Origin: an uncultured Chitinophaga sp.
GTDB taxonomy: Bacteria > Bacteroidota > Bacteroidia > UKL13-3
Reading direction: 5' to 3'
Length of the DNA stretch: 64,000 nucleotides
NCBI GenBank assembly: GCA_964355075.1
Contig: CAYHCF010000002.1
Coordinates: forward strand, 16,480-80,479
Under the pieces are notes generated by a model. The model saw only the letters and a program-made list of their open reading frames with translations, searched no databases and was not told the origin of the DNA. The position numbers were made by a program, and so were the translations under genes. This document shows, one piece after another, positions 29,158-38,387 of this stretch (positions within the stretch are counted from its first letter, which is position 1; each line of letters starts with the position of its first letter).

Positions 29158-31290
29158 ATGGATTATCAGGGTGAGACAGAAAGTATTGGATCCATTGGAA
29201 TTGAAAACGAATTGGATTCCTTGTTTAAGCCAAAGTCTATTGCAATTATCGGGGCTTCATCAAAAGAACTATCTATCGGAAATGTTATCATTAAAAATCT
29301 GATTCATTTCGGGTTTACAGGAAAAATATTTCCGATTAATCCTAAGGAACCTGAAATTAGGGGAATTAAAGCTTATCCCTCTATATTGGACGTGGAAGAA
29401 AGCATTGATTTGGCGCATATCATTATTCCTTCCAAATTTGTTCCACAAATCATTGAAGAATGTGGTAAAAAGGGTGTTAAATCTGTTATCATAAACTCTG
29501 CAGGATTTAGTGAAATGGGCGAAGAAGGCATGGCACTTCAAAAAGCATTTCTAAGCAAAGCAAAAGAATATGGCATCAGGGTATTTGGCCCAAATTGCCA
29601 GGGGATTATCAATACAGATCCTGTGTATAAAGCCTATTGCGATTTCACCTTTACTTTTCCTGAACCGGGCTCTGTATCGATTGTTGCATTGAGCGGAGGT
29701 GTAGGAGCATTCATTATGCAAAGTTTGTTCGACCTTGAAATTGGAATGCGTTATTATGCCTCCAATGGAAATGCTTGTGATATCTCAATTTCGGAGGTTT
29801 TAGAATATTATGGCAATGATGAAGCTACCAAAGCAATCATTCTATATACCGAAGGATTTAAAAATCCAAGAGAATTCATGGAAGTAGCAAAGACTGTTGC
29901 AAAGAAAAAACCCATACTCGCAATGAAATCAGGCAGAACCGAAGAAGGGGCACAGGCTGCAGCTTCTCATACAGGTTCACTTGCCGGAGTTGATATTTCA
30001 ACTGAATTGATTTTTGAAAAAACAGGAATACTATCCTTTACGAACGAAGAAGAAATGTGTCAGGCAGCAAAAGCATTTTCTTCTCAACCCATTCCAAAAG
30101 GTAACCGGGTTGGTATTATTACCAATACAGGAGGTCCGGCTGTTATTGCCACTGATGAATTGGTAAATTCAGGTATGCATATCCCTCCCCTTTCTGAAAA
30201 AGCAAAAACCATATTACAACAAACTCTTTTGCCTGAAGCCAGTATAGGAAATCCAATTGATGTTGTGGCAACGGGTGGAGGAATTCATTTCAGAAGTGCT
30301 TTAGATGTAATGATGGATGAAGAACAAATTGATTCAGTTTTCATCAATTTTGTAACTGCCCCCTTTACGGATACAAATGAGGTTGCCAGAAATATTGTAG
30401 CAGTAAACCAACAAAAGAGAAAACCCATCATCTGCAATTTTATGACCAATATGAGTCTGGAGCGTTTTCAGGAAACTGCAAAAATTCTCAAAGATGGCGG
30501 AGTTCCCTGCTATAGCTTTCCAACCACCGCAGCCAAGGCTCTCGGGGCATTATATAAATACCATCAATTGCAATCCAGGTATATTGGTGTTCCAAAATAT
30601 TTTAATGATGTAAATAAAACAAAAGCAGATTCCATTTTGAACCAGGTAAACGTTACAGGAGAATTCCTTTCAAGTAGTCACGCATATGAATTGCTTTCAG
30701 CTTATGGGATTCCGGTTGCGGATTGGTGTATAGCTCATACGGTTGATGAGGCTATTACAGGTGCCAGAGAAATCGGATACCCTGTTGTAATCAAAGCGGA
30801 AACAAAATCATTGATACACAAAAGTGATCAGGGTGGCGTGGCAATTAATCTGATCAATGAAGAAGAGGTTCGATATGTAATTGAAAAGATGCAAGAGCAG
30901 TTTTTGGACAATGATTTGAAGTTTTTTGTTCAGAAATTTCTTCCCGGAGTGAAAGAATTAGTTGTGGGTGTGAGCGGACAAAGAGATTTGGAGCACCTGA
31001 TTATGTTTGGTTTGGGGGGGATTTATGTTGAAGTATTGAAAGATGTTGTATTCAAACTTTCTCCAATTACCGAATTGGAAGCGAATGAAATGATTTCATC
31101 GGTAAAAGCAGCAAAATTACTGGAAGGGGTAAGAGGGAAAAGTGGAATTGACAAGCGGAGTGTAATTGACATTATTCTTCGTATTTCTCAATTGGTAAAT
31201 GATTTCCCTCAAATAAAAGAAATGGATCTGAACCCGATTATGGCATTTGAGGACTGCGCGTATGTTGTGGATGCGAGGATTATGGTATAG
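29158..31290 (+). CDS. ADP-forming (NDP-forming) acyl-CoA synthetase, fused alpha-beta type
   Basis: 710 aa. CoA-binding Rossmann (IAIIGAS...GN), succinyl-CoA-synthetase-like ligase domain with phosphohistidine motif AASHTGSLAG, and a C-terminal ATP-grasp domain. Confidence 0.8.
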   Translation: MDYQGETESIGSIGIENELDSLFKPKSIAIIGASSKELSIGNVIIKNLIHFGFTGKIFPINPKEPEIRGIKAYPSILDVEESIDLAHIIIPSKFVPQIIEECGKKGVKSVIINSAGFSEMGEEGMALQKAFLSKAKEYGIRVFGPNCQGIINTDPVYKAYCDFTFTFPEPGSVSIVALSGGVGAFIMQSLFDLEIGMRYYASNGNACDISISEVLEYYGNDEATKAIILYTEGFKNPREFMEVAKTVAKKKPILAMKSGRTEEGAQAAASHTGSLAGVDISTELIFEKTGILSFTNEEEMCQAAKAFSSQPIPKGNRVGIITNTGGPAVIATDELVNSGMHIPPLSEKAKTILQQTLLPEASIGNPIDVVATGGGIHFRSALDVMMDEEQIDSVFINFVTAPFTDTNEVARNIVAVNQQKRKPIICNFMTNMSLERFQETAKILKDGGVPCYSFPTTAAKALGALYKYHQLQSRYIGVPKYFNDVNKTKADSILNQVNVTGEFLSSSHAYELLSAYGIPVADWCIAHTVDEAITGAREIGYPVVIKAETKSLIHKSDQGGVAINLINEEEVRYVIEKMQEQFLDNDLKFFVQKFLPGVKELVVGVSGQRDLEHLIMFGLGGIYVEVLKDVVFKLSPITELEANEMISSVKAAKLLEGVRGKSGIDKRSVIDIILRISQLVNDFPQIKEMDLNPIMAFEDCAYVVDARIMV

Positions 31291-31339
31291 TTAAATAACA
31301 AAATGATCATAAACAATTACAATTATAAACTGAATCAAC

Positions 31340-32560
31340 ATGTATAAAATTCAAACAAGCAAATTAATGAAGGAAATAATGGCAAATTATTTCCTGGGAA
31401 TGAAAGATCCATCAAAAAAAATTGCATGGTGTACGAGTGTTGGCCCTGCTGAACTATTACGCTCATTTGGTTTTGAGGTTCATTTTCCTGAAAATCACGG
31501 TGCCTTATTGGGAGCTACCCGAACGGCGAATGATTTGATTCCTGAATCAGCCATTTTGGGATATTCCAATGATATTTGCTCTTATTTAACTGCAGATATC
31601 GGTTCCTACTTAACCAAACAGACTCCATTAAAAGAGCACTATGGATTAAATGGACCCCCAAGACCTGACCTGATTGTATATAATACCAATCAATGCCGCG
31701 AGGTACAGGATTGGTTCACTTATTTTGCAAGAGAGTTGAATTGCCCGATATTTGGCATTAACCCACCCAGACATGTAACGGAAGTAACACAGGAGGAGAT
31801 TGAAGATGTTGCCTCTCAATTCAAAGCTATGATACCTGTATGTGAAAAGGCAAGCGGCTTAAAATTTGATATCGACCGATTTAGGGAAGTGTTAAAATTA
31901 AGCAAGGAAGCAACCGATTTATGGAAGAAGGTATTGAATACAGCCACTATTTCTCCTGCTCCCATCAGCTTTTTTGATGCCACCATACATATGGGACCCA
32001 TCGTGGTTTTAAGGGGAACAGAGATTGCGAAAGTATATTACGAAACGCTCCTGAGTGAATTAGAAGAAAACGTAAAAAAAGGAATGGGATTTTTAGAAAA
32101 AGAAAAGTCTCGTATATACTGGGATGGGATGCCCATCTGGGGTAAATTGAGATCCTTGTCTGATTTATTTATTCAAAATAATTCGGCAGTGGTAGCTTCC
32201 ACTTATTGTAACAGCTGGATATTTGATGCATTTGATGAAAGAAATCCTTTTGAGTCATCTGCAAAAGCGTATACTGAGATATTTATTAATAGAAGCGAAG
32301 AAGCCAAGCAGAAAATACTCAGTAATCTCGTTCACGATTTCCACGTGGATGGAATGATATTCCATGATGCCAAAACATGCTCTAATAACTCGAACTCAAG
32401 ATTTGGAATGCCTCAGCGAATATCGGAAACACTTGGAATTCCAACCCTGGTCATTGAGGGTGATTTGTGCGATTTGCGATTTTATTCGGAAGGTCAGAGT
32501 GTCACTAAAATTGAAACATTTATTGAGCAGATCGAAAGCTCAAACGTATTCAGTCAATAG
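31340..32560 (+). CDS. Stand-alone 2-hydroxyacyl-CoA dehydratase/BCR-family (D-component-like) protein
   Basis: 406 aa. Family-typical N-terminus (KKIAWCTSVGPAELLRSFGFEVHFPENH). 8 Cys, including WCTS, ICSY, QCRE, YCNS, TCSN and LCDL. No partner subunit gene is adjacent. Confidence 0.7.
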   Translation: MYKIQTSKLMKEIMANYFLGMKDPSKKIAWCTSVGPAELLRSFGFEVHFPENHGALLGATRTANDLIPESAILGYSNDICSYLTADIGSYLTKQTPLKEHYGLNGPPRPDLIVYNTNQCREVQDWFTYFARELNCPIFGINPPRHVTEVTQEEIEDVASQFKAMIPVCEKASGLKFDIDRFREVLKLSKEATDLWKKVLNTATISPAPISFFDATIHMGPIVVLRGTEIAKVYYETLLSELEENVKKGMGFLEKEKSRIYWDGMPIWGKLRSLSDLFIQNNSAVVASTYCNSWIFDAFDERNPFESSAKAYTEIFINRSEEAKQKILSNLVHDFHVDGMIFHDAKTCSNNSNSRFGMPQRISETLGIPTLVIEGDLCDLRFYSEGQSVTKIETFIEQIESSNVFSQ

Positions 32561-32575
32561 AATATTTACCTTAAT

Positions 32576-33049
32576 ATGGTTCTTATGAAAAATGATGATT
32601 TTCAGGAAAAGCAGGTATTCAAACTTTCAACAGGAGAAAAGGTAAACAATGCCGAAATTGAAAAACTTATTGAAAATACCTGTCATTATGTAAAGTTTGT
32701 GACGTTGAGTGATGGAGAAAATGAAAACCATGTTGCTTTAATTTTTCCAAACATAGAATTGCTGAACAATCCGAATTATAAATTAACCCCTGACGAAGGC
32801 TGCTTTTGTCCCCGAAACCTTACAGAACTCGGGAGGTGTTTGTCCGGTTGTATGAATAATGTTAACAAGCAACTGGAACCAGGTTCAGGAACAATTATTT
32901 CTACCCGCATCTTGAATGAGGATAAAAATAAAGCAGAATCATACCAGACTCCTGAAAACATAAACAAAACACTCAAAACTTTTCTAAAGGATTTGATTGA
33001 TGATGTTGATACCTCTGAAAATGAAACATACTATATCCCATCCTTGTAA
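32576..33049 (+). CDS. Hypothetical small Cys-rich protein
   Basis: 157 aa with CFCPRN...GRCLSGC. The N-terminal half (STGEKVNNAEIEKLIE...HVALIFPNIELL) loosely resembles the C-terminal subdomain of AMP-forming long-chain acyl-CoA synthetases. Compactly packed between neighbours on the same strand. Confidence 0.35.
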   Translation: MVLMKNDDFQEKQVFKLSTGEKVNNAEIEKLIENTCHYVKFVTLSDGENENHVALIFPNIELLNNPNYKLTPDEGCFCPRNLTELGRCLSGCMNNVNKQLEPGSGTIISTRILNEDKNKAESYQTPENINKTLKTFLKDLIDDVDTSENETYYIPSL

Positions 33050-33091
33050 TTAATAATCCAAAACAATCTTGAATGATATAACCAAAATAAA

Positions 33092-34942
33092 ATGATGGAA
33101 AAATCAGAAAAACTAAAAGTCGGAGTGGTAGGATTAGGTCCTGTTGGAATGATTCTGGCAGTCAAATTAAAAGAGGCTGACTGCGAAGTTTCGATATGCG
33201 ATAAAGATGATTTTAAACTTAAAAAAATAAGAGAAAGCGGTATTGTATTAGAAAATGCCATTGAATCGAGTACCCGTTTCGAACGGATTTTTGATTCGAT
33301 TGTGGATATGAGATCTCAGGATCTTGATTACCTCATTTTCGCTTTAAAATCTTATCAAACAATAGGAGCTGTTAAAGAGGCTGAGTTATTAAATACAGAA
33401 AAACTCACTTTGGTTTCGGCTCAAAATGGGATAGATGTAGAACAGCTAATTACGGCAACTTTTGGCGAATCCAAAACGCTGCGCATGATTGTAAATTTTG
33501 CCGGAAATATGAAATCCGCAAATACAGTAAAGGTTTCTTTTGTAAATCCTCCAAATTATTTAGGTTCGGTTGATGACAGCAGAACAAAGGAAGCGATTAT
33601 TCTTGCTGAAACTTTGAATAAAGTTGGATTCAGAACTGAAAAATTAGATTCTTTTGACCTGGTAAAAAGCATTTGGCAGAAAACAATTTTAAATGCATCT
33701 TTAAGTGCTTTATGCGGTGTGGGCAGGTTAACTATGGCTGAGGCTATGGCTGATAATGATACAATGGAACTCGTTGAACAAATCATGAATGAGGGAATTG
33801 AGGTTGCCGAAAAGGAGAAGATTCGTTTTGCAGATGATTTTGTTAGAAAATGCATGCAATATCTTAAAAAGGGGGGCGACCATTTTCCCTCATTATCTGT
33901 TGACTTAATAAATAACCGGCCCACCGAAATAGATTTTTTTAATGGAAAAATTGTTGAATATGGCAAAAAGCATTATGTAAAAACTTCTCTAAACCTGGCA
34001 TTTACAAATATGGTGAAGGCCATGACCAATAAAAATGTATTAAACCGGTTTCCCGGTATTGATGAAGAATTATATAAAAAAATTATCAATAAAGGAATGA
34101 TTGAAAAGAGTCGTTCCACTATTTATTATAAAGAACATGATTGCTTCCTTGGAATTGACTTAGGATCGGCATTTACCAAGTTTAATATTATTGATGGGAA
34201 CTCCAATCCCGTGTTCAGGTATATTTTACCTACCATGAACAAAGACCGGAATGCCATGAAAAATGTTCTGAAATCAATTTATGCTTCCTTCCAGATTAAA
34301 CATAGTTGCGCAACCGGTTATGGCAGGAAACATTTTACAGAAACAGATATTATAAAAACAGAAATAAACTGTGCGGCTGTTGGGGTGGGTGAATTTTTCC
34401 AGGGAGAGAAAAATATCATTGATATTGGAGGAGAAGATATTAAGATCATTCATACCAATCAAGAGAATTTTGTTGCAAATTTTTACATGAACGACAAATG
34501 TGCTGCAGGTACCGGCGCTTTTCTGGAAGAAATTTCGGAGAGAGCAGAAATAAATAACGGCGAAATGAGTAGTCTGGCAGCACATTCGTCATTTGATAAA
34601 GAGTTAAATAGTTTCTGTACGGTATTTGCTAAAACCGAGATCATGAGTTGGGTATTTGAAGGCATGATGAAACAAGACATTGCAAGAGGAATCTATATTT
34701 CAATCGCCAATAAAGTAGCGAAAATGAAACTATTCCCAAATATTCCTACTTATTTAATCGGAGGCGTGGTAGCCCATCATCCCTATCTTGGAAATATTTT
34801 AAGCGAAAAATTCCATAAAGAAATACACGCGCTCGACAATCCCCAATATATTGTTGCACACGGTGCTGCTATTTTGGCTAAAGAAAACTGGCTTTTAAAC
34901 AATCCTAAAGAATTCATTATTTCAGAATCCATAACAAATTAA
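33092..34942 (+). CDS. Fusion protein: ketopantoate reductase (ApbA/PanE)-like NAD(P)-binding oxidoreductase plus HgdC/BcrAD-type activase ATPase
   Basis: The N-terminal region of about 320 aa has VGVVGLGPVGMILAVKL (Rossmann) and a PanE-like C-terminal helical part (...TEIDFFNGKIV). The C-terminal region of about 270 aa has FLGIDLGSAFTKF, DIGGEDIKII, MNDKCAAGTGAFLEE and SFCTVFAKTE. Confidence 0.7.
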   Translation: MMEKSEKLKVGVVGLGPVGMILAVKLKEADCEVSICDKDDFKLKKIRESGIVLENAIESSTRFERIFDSIVDMRSQDLDYLIFALKSYQTIGAVKEAELLNTEKLTLVSAQNGIDVEQLITATFGESKTLRMIVNFAGNMKSANTVKVSFVNPPNYLGSVDDSRTKEAIILAETLNKVGFRTEKLDSFDLVKSIWQKTILNASLSALCGVGRLTMAEAMADNDTMELVEQIMNEGIEVAEKEKIRFADDFVRKCMQYLKKGGDHFPSLSVDLINNRPTEIDFFNGKIVEYGKKHYVKTSLNLAFTNMVKAMTNKNVLNRFPGIDEELYKKIINKGMIEKSRSTIYYKEHDCFLGIDLGSAFTKFNIIDGNSNPVFRYILPTMNKDRNAMKNVLKSIYASFQIKHSCATGYGRKHFTETDIIKTEINCAAVGVGEFFQGEKNIIDIGGEDIKIIHTNQENFVANFYMNDKCAAGTGAFLEEISERAEINNGEMSSLAAHSSFDKELNSFCTVFAKTEIMSWVFEGMMKQDIARGIYISIANKVAKMKLFPNIPTYLIGGVVAHHPYLGNILSEKFHKEIHALDNPQYIVAHGAAILAKENWLLNNPKEFIISESITN

Positions 34943-34944
34943 TT

Positions 34945-36207
34945 ATGAAATCCTATCACGATAAAGACAAAGGTATTGCCATTTCATTTGACGATATCTA
35001 TTTAGTAAACGGAGTAAGAACTCCTTTTGGAAAATTTTGCGGAACCTTGGCAAATGTATCTCCTACAGATTTGGGGATATTCGCGTCAAAGGCTGCATTA
35101 AAAAAATCGGGAATTGAGCCTGACGATATTGATCAGGCCATTATAGCGAATATCGGACAAGCCTCTGGCGATGCCTATTTTCTTCCAAGGCATATCTCCT
35201 TATTTGCCGGGTTACGTATGACCGTTCCCTCATTAATGGTGCAGAGAATCTGTGCTTCAGGATTTGAAACACTCATTACTGCCGCCGAACAGATTACTTT
35301 AAATAAAGCAGGATCTGTTTTATGTTGTGGAACCGAAAACATGTCGCTTGCACCCACCGTAAGCTTTGGAAACCGGATGGGTTATGCTCTGGGAAGACCT
35401 GTTTTTAAAGATATGTTGTGGGAAGCTTTAGATGATACCGCTGCCGGATATCCAATGGGGTTTACGGCAGAAAATGTTGCCAAAAAACATCAAATCACCC
35501 GGGAACAATGCGATGAATTTGCATACCTGTCCTTTCAAAGAGCTTTGAATGCACAAAATAAGGAAATCTTTAAAGATGAAATTACTCCCATTAATTCAAC
35601 CGTGTTTGAAATAGAAGGGTTGAAACCAAGAAAGGTTCGTTTACCGGGTGGTGTTAAAAATTTTATAACGGATGAACAGATTCGCGATACTTCCATTGAA
35701 TCTCTAGCAAAATTACCAACCGTATTTTCTGAAGTTGGTGTTTTAACCCCGGGAAATTGCAGCGGTATCGTTGATGGAGCGGGTGCAGCTGTGGTTGCTG
35801 ATGCGAATACGGTTAAATCGAAGAATTTGAAACCCATCGCAAAAATTGTAGCTGCTGCCAGTTGCGGTATTGACCCAAAAATAATGGGATTGGCTCCTGT
35901 ACCTGCCATTCAGTTACTTCTCGAATTTACCGGATTAAAGATAGAGGATATCGGTTTGTTTGAAATAAATGAAGCATTTTCAGCACAGTTGATTGGTTGT
36001 GAAATCGAACTTGGACTAGACCGGGATAAACTAAATGTGAATGGGGGTGCCATCGCAATCGGGCATCCTTTGGCAGCATCGGGATTAAGACTTTCCTTAA
36101 CCATTATCCGTGAAATGAATTTGAGAAACATTAAATACGGAATTGCATCAGCTTGTATTGGAGGCGGACAAGGAACCGCGATTTTATTTGAAAATATTAA
36201 TCTATAA
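34945..36207 (+). CDS. Acetyl-CoA C-acyltransferase (thiolase)
   Basis: 420 aa. VQRICASGFE (active Cys), NEAFSAQ, NVNGGAIAIGHPLAASG and ACIGGGQGTA. Confidence 0.9.
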   Translation: MKSYHDKDKGIAISFDDIYLVNGVRTPFGKFCGTLANVSPTDLGIFASKAALKKSGIEPDDIDQAIIANIGQASGDAYFLPRHISLFAGLRMTVPSLMVQRICASGFETLITAAEQITLNKAGSVLCCGTENMSLAPTVSFGNRMGYALGRPVFKDMLWEALDDTAAGYPMGFTAENVAKKHQITREQCDEFAYLSFQRALNAQNKEIFKDEITPINSTVFEIEGLKPRKVRLPGGVKNFITDEQIRDTSIESLAKLPTVFSEVGVLTPGNCSGIVDGAGAAVVADANTVKSKNLKPIAKIVAAASCGIDPKIMGLAPVPAIQLLLEFTGLKIEDIGLFEINEAFSAQLIGCEIELGLDRDKLNVNGGAIAIGHPLAASGLRLSLTIIREMNLRNIKYGIASACIGGGQGTAILFENINL

Positions 36208-36210
36208 TAA

Positions 36211-37275
36211 ATGGAACAAAATAAAATGTATCAGTGGCAAATGACTGAATTGGATAAGCCATTTGTTTTATCGGAGAGTGTATTGCCTGAAACAAAATCA
36301 GGAGAGGCTCTGGTAAAAATAGCCGGTTGCGGAGTGTGTCATACCGATATCAGCTTTTGGCATCATGGTGTTCAAACCAAACATGCTTTACCCTTAACAC
36401 TCGGACACGAAATAAGCGGAACTGTAATTGCAGGTGACGAAAAATGGATTGGCAAAAAGGTGATTATTCCCGCTGTTCTTCCCTGTGGAGAATGTGAGCT
36501 ATGTTTGACCGGCAGGAGTAATATTTGCAGAAGTCAATTAATGCCCGGAAACGATTTTGACGGAGGTTTTGCTTCCCACATAAAAGTACCTTCCAGATAT
36601 TTATGCGAGGTTCCGGATAAAGTTTTGGAAAAATATTCGCTTGAACAGTTATCTGTTATCGCTGATGCTATTTCAACTCCTTACCAGGTGGTAAAGAAAT
36701 CGGAACTGGTTGCCGGAGATTTTGCAATTGTGATCGGTGTGGGTGGAGTTGGTATTTATGGGGCGCAGATCGCAAAAATATTTGGAGCAAAAGTTTTAGC
36801 CCTTGATATAAGTGATGAGAAATTAGAAATTGCCAAGCAAAATGGCGTTGATGCCACGCTCAACACAAAAGGACTCGACTTTAAAACCATCAAAGAGAAA
36901 GTGAAGGAGATTGCCAAAGAAATAAAGGCTCCAAAATATGGTTGGAAAATATTAGAAATTTCCGGAACCAAAGCCGGACAAGACCTGGCTTTTAACCTGA
37001 TTACTTTTGCCTCAACCCTTTCTATTGTTGGTTTTACGATGGATAAAGTGGAAGTTCGCTTAAGTAACCTGATGGCCTATGATGCAAAATTAATCGGAAC
37101 CTGGGGATGCAAACCTGAATTATATCCCGAGGTAGTTGAACTGGTGGCACAAGACAAACTAAAAATTGATCCCTTCATCGAAACTTTTCCAATGTCACTG
37201 ATTAATGAAGTTTTTAAAAATACGCTCGAACATAAATATACCAAAAGATCTGTTTTAATACCTGACTTTAATTAA
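36211..37275 (+). CDS. had: Zn-dependent alcohol dehydrogenase family; candidate 6-hydroxycyclohex-1-ene-1-carbonyl-CoA dehydrogenase
   Basis: 354 aa MDR. GCGVCHTD, GHEISG and the structural Zn site CGECELCLTGRSNIC. Position is immediately upstream of the Oah/BamA-like and Dch-like genes. The family call is firm; the substrate call is contextual. Confidence 0.55.
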   Translation: MEQNKMYQWQMTELDKPFVLSESVLPETKSGEALVKIAGCGVCHTDISFWHHGVQTKHALPLTLGHEISGTVIAGDEKWIGKKVIIPAVLPCGECELCLTGRSNICRSQLMPGNDFDGGFASHIKVPSRYLCEVPDKVLEKYSLEQLSVIADAISTPYQVVKKSELVAGDFAIVIGVGGVGIYGAQIAKIFGAKVLALDISDEKLEIAKQNGVDATLNTKGLDFKTIKEKVKEIAKEIKAPKYGWKILEISGTKAGQDLAFNLITFASTLSIVGFTMDKVEVRLSNLMAYDAKLIGTWGCKPELYPEVVELVAQDKLKIDPFIETFPMSLINEVFKNTLEHKYTKRSVLIPDFN

Positions 37276-37284
37276 ATTAAAAAA

Positions 37285-38385
37285 ATGGAAGAATTAAAAA
37301 ATCACAATATAGTTGATGTAAACTATAAAGAAATCATTTTCGAAAAACGTCCTTGCCTGGATAAGGATGGAACACCGGTTGATAAATTATTCAATGCCTG
37401 GATCATTATCAATAATCCAAAACAATTTAATTCGTACACTACGGCTGCCATAAAGGAATTAATACTTGCATTTCGGCAGGCTTCAAATGACCGAAGTGTT
37501 GTTGCTGTTGTTCTGACTTCGGTTGGTGATAAAGCATTTTGTACCGGTGGAAACACCAAAGAATATGCAGAATACTATGCAGGAAATCCCCAGGAATATT
37601 CACAATACATGCGTTTATTCAATGATATGGTTTCAACTATTCTGATGTGTGAAAAACCGGTTATCTGCCGTGTAAACGGAATGAGAATTGGCGGCGGTCA
37701 GGAAATTGGAATGGCTTGCGATTTTAGCGTTGCAAGTGATATGGCCAGATTTGGACAAGCAGGGCCAAAACATGGCAGTGCGGCTATAGGCGGAGCCACC
37801 GACTTTCTACCGCTATACGTTGGAGTTGAACGCGCTATGATGTCGTTAACCTTGTGTGAGCCATGGACAGCACATCAGGCTTATTATTATGGGGTTATTA
37901 CTGATATCGCTCCGGTTTTAAAAGCAGATGGGAAATTTATTGCCAATCCTTTGGTTCAAACAGAAAAAATAATGGACGAATATGGCAAGATTTCTTTTGG
38001 AACCATGAAAACAGGTGATGAACTCGCCAAAGCAAAGGAAATTGTTTCCAAATGTGAGACTGATTTAAGCATGCTGGATAAGGCCGTGAATAGCCTGATT
38101 TCAAAAATATTGCATACCTTCCCTAATTGTATGAGTAAAACCATCAGTGAGGTTCGCAAGTTTAAATTGGAACATTGGGATAAAAATAAAGAAGGAAGCC
38201 GCGAATGGCTGGCTTTAAATATGATGAGCGAAGCAAAAGCAGGATTCAAAGCATTTAATGATGGGCCTAAAGATAACAGGGAAGTTAATTTTATTTTATT
38301 AAGGCAATTACTTGCTGAAGGTCATGAGTGGAATGAGGAATTACATCATGCTATTTCACCGCAGTATCAGGCGTCAAATAATTAG
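37285..38385 (+). CDS. oah: Long crotonase-family protein; candidate 6-oxocyclohex-1-ene-1-carbonyl-CoA hydrolase (ring-cleaving, BamA/Oah)
   Basis: 366 aa, about 100 aa longer than ordinary enoyl-CoA hydratases. VGDKAFCTGGN and CRVNGMRIGGGQEIGMACDF resemble the Oah/BamA core as I recall it. Flanked by had-like and dch-like genes. Confidence 0.6.
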   Translation: MEELKNHNIVDVNYKEIIFEKRPCLDKDGTPVDKLFNAWIIINNPKQFNSYTTAAIKELILAFRQASNDRSVVAVVLTSVGDKAFCTGGNTKEYAEYYAGNPQEYSQYMRLFNDMVSTILMCEKPVICRVNGMRIGGGQEIGMACDFSVASDMARFGQAGPKHGSAAIGGATDFLPLYVGVERAMMSLTLCEPWTAHQAYYYGVITDIAPVLKADGKFIANPLVQTEKIMDEYGKISFGTMKTGDELAKAKEIVSKCETDLSMLDKAVNSLISKILHTFPNCMSKTISEVRKFKLEHWDKNKEGSREWLALNMMSEAKAGFKAFNDGPKDNREVNFILLRQLLAEGHEWNEELHHAISPQYQASNN

Positions 38386-38387
38386 AT

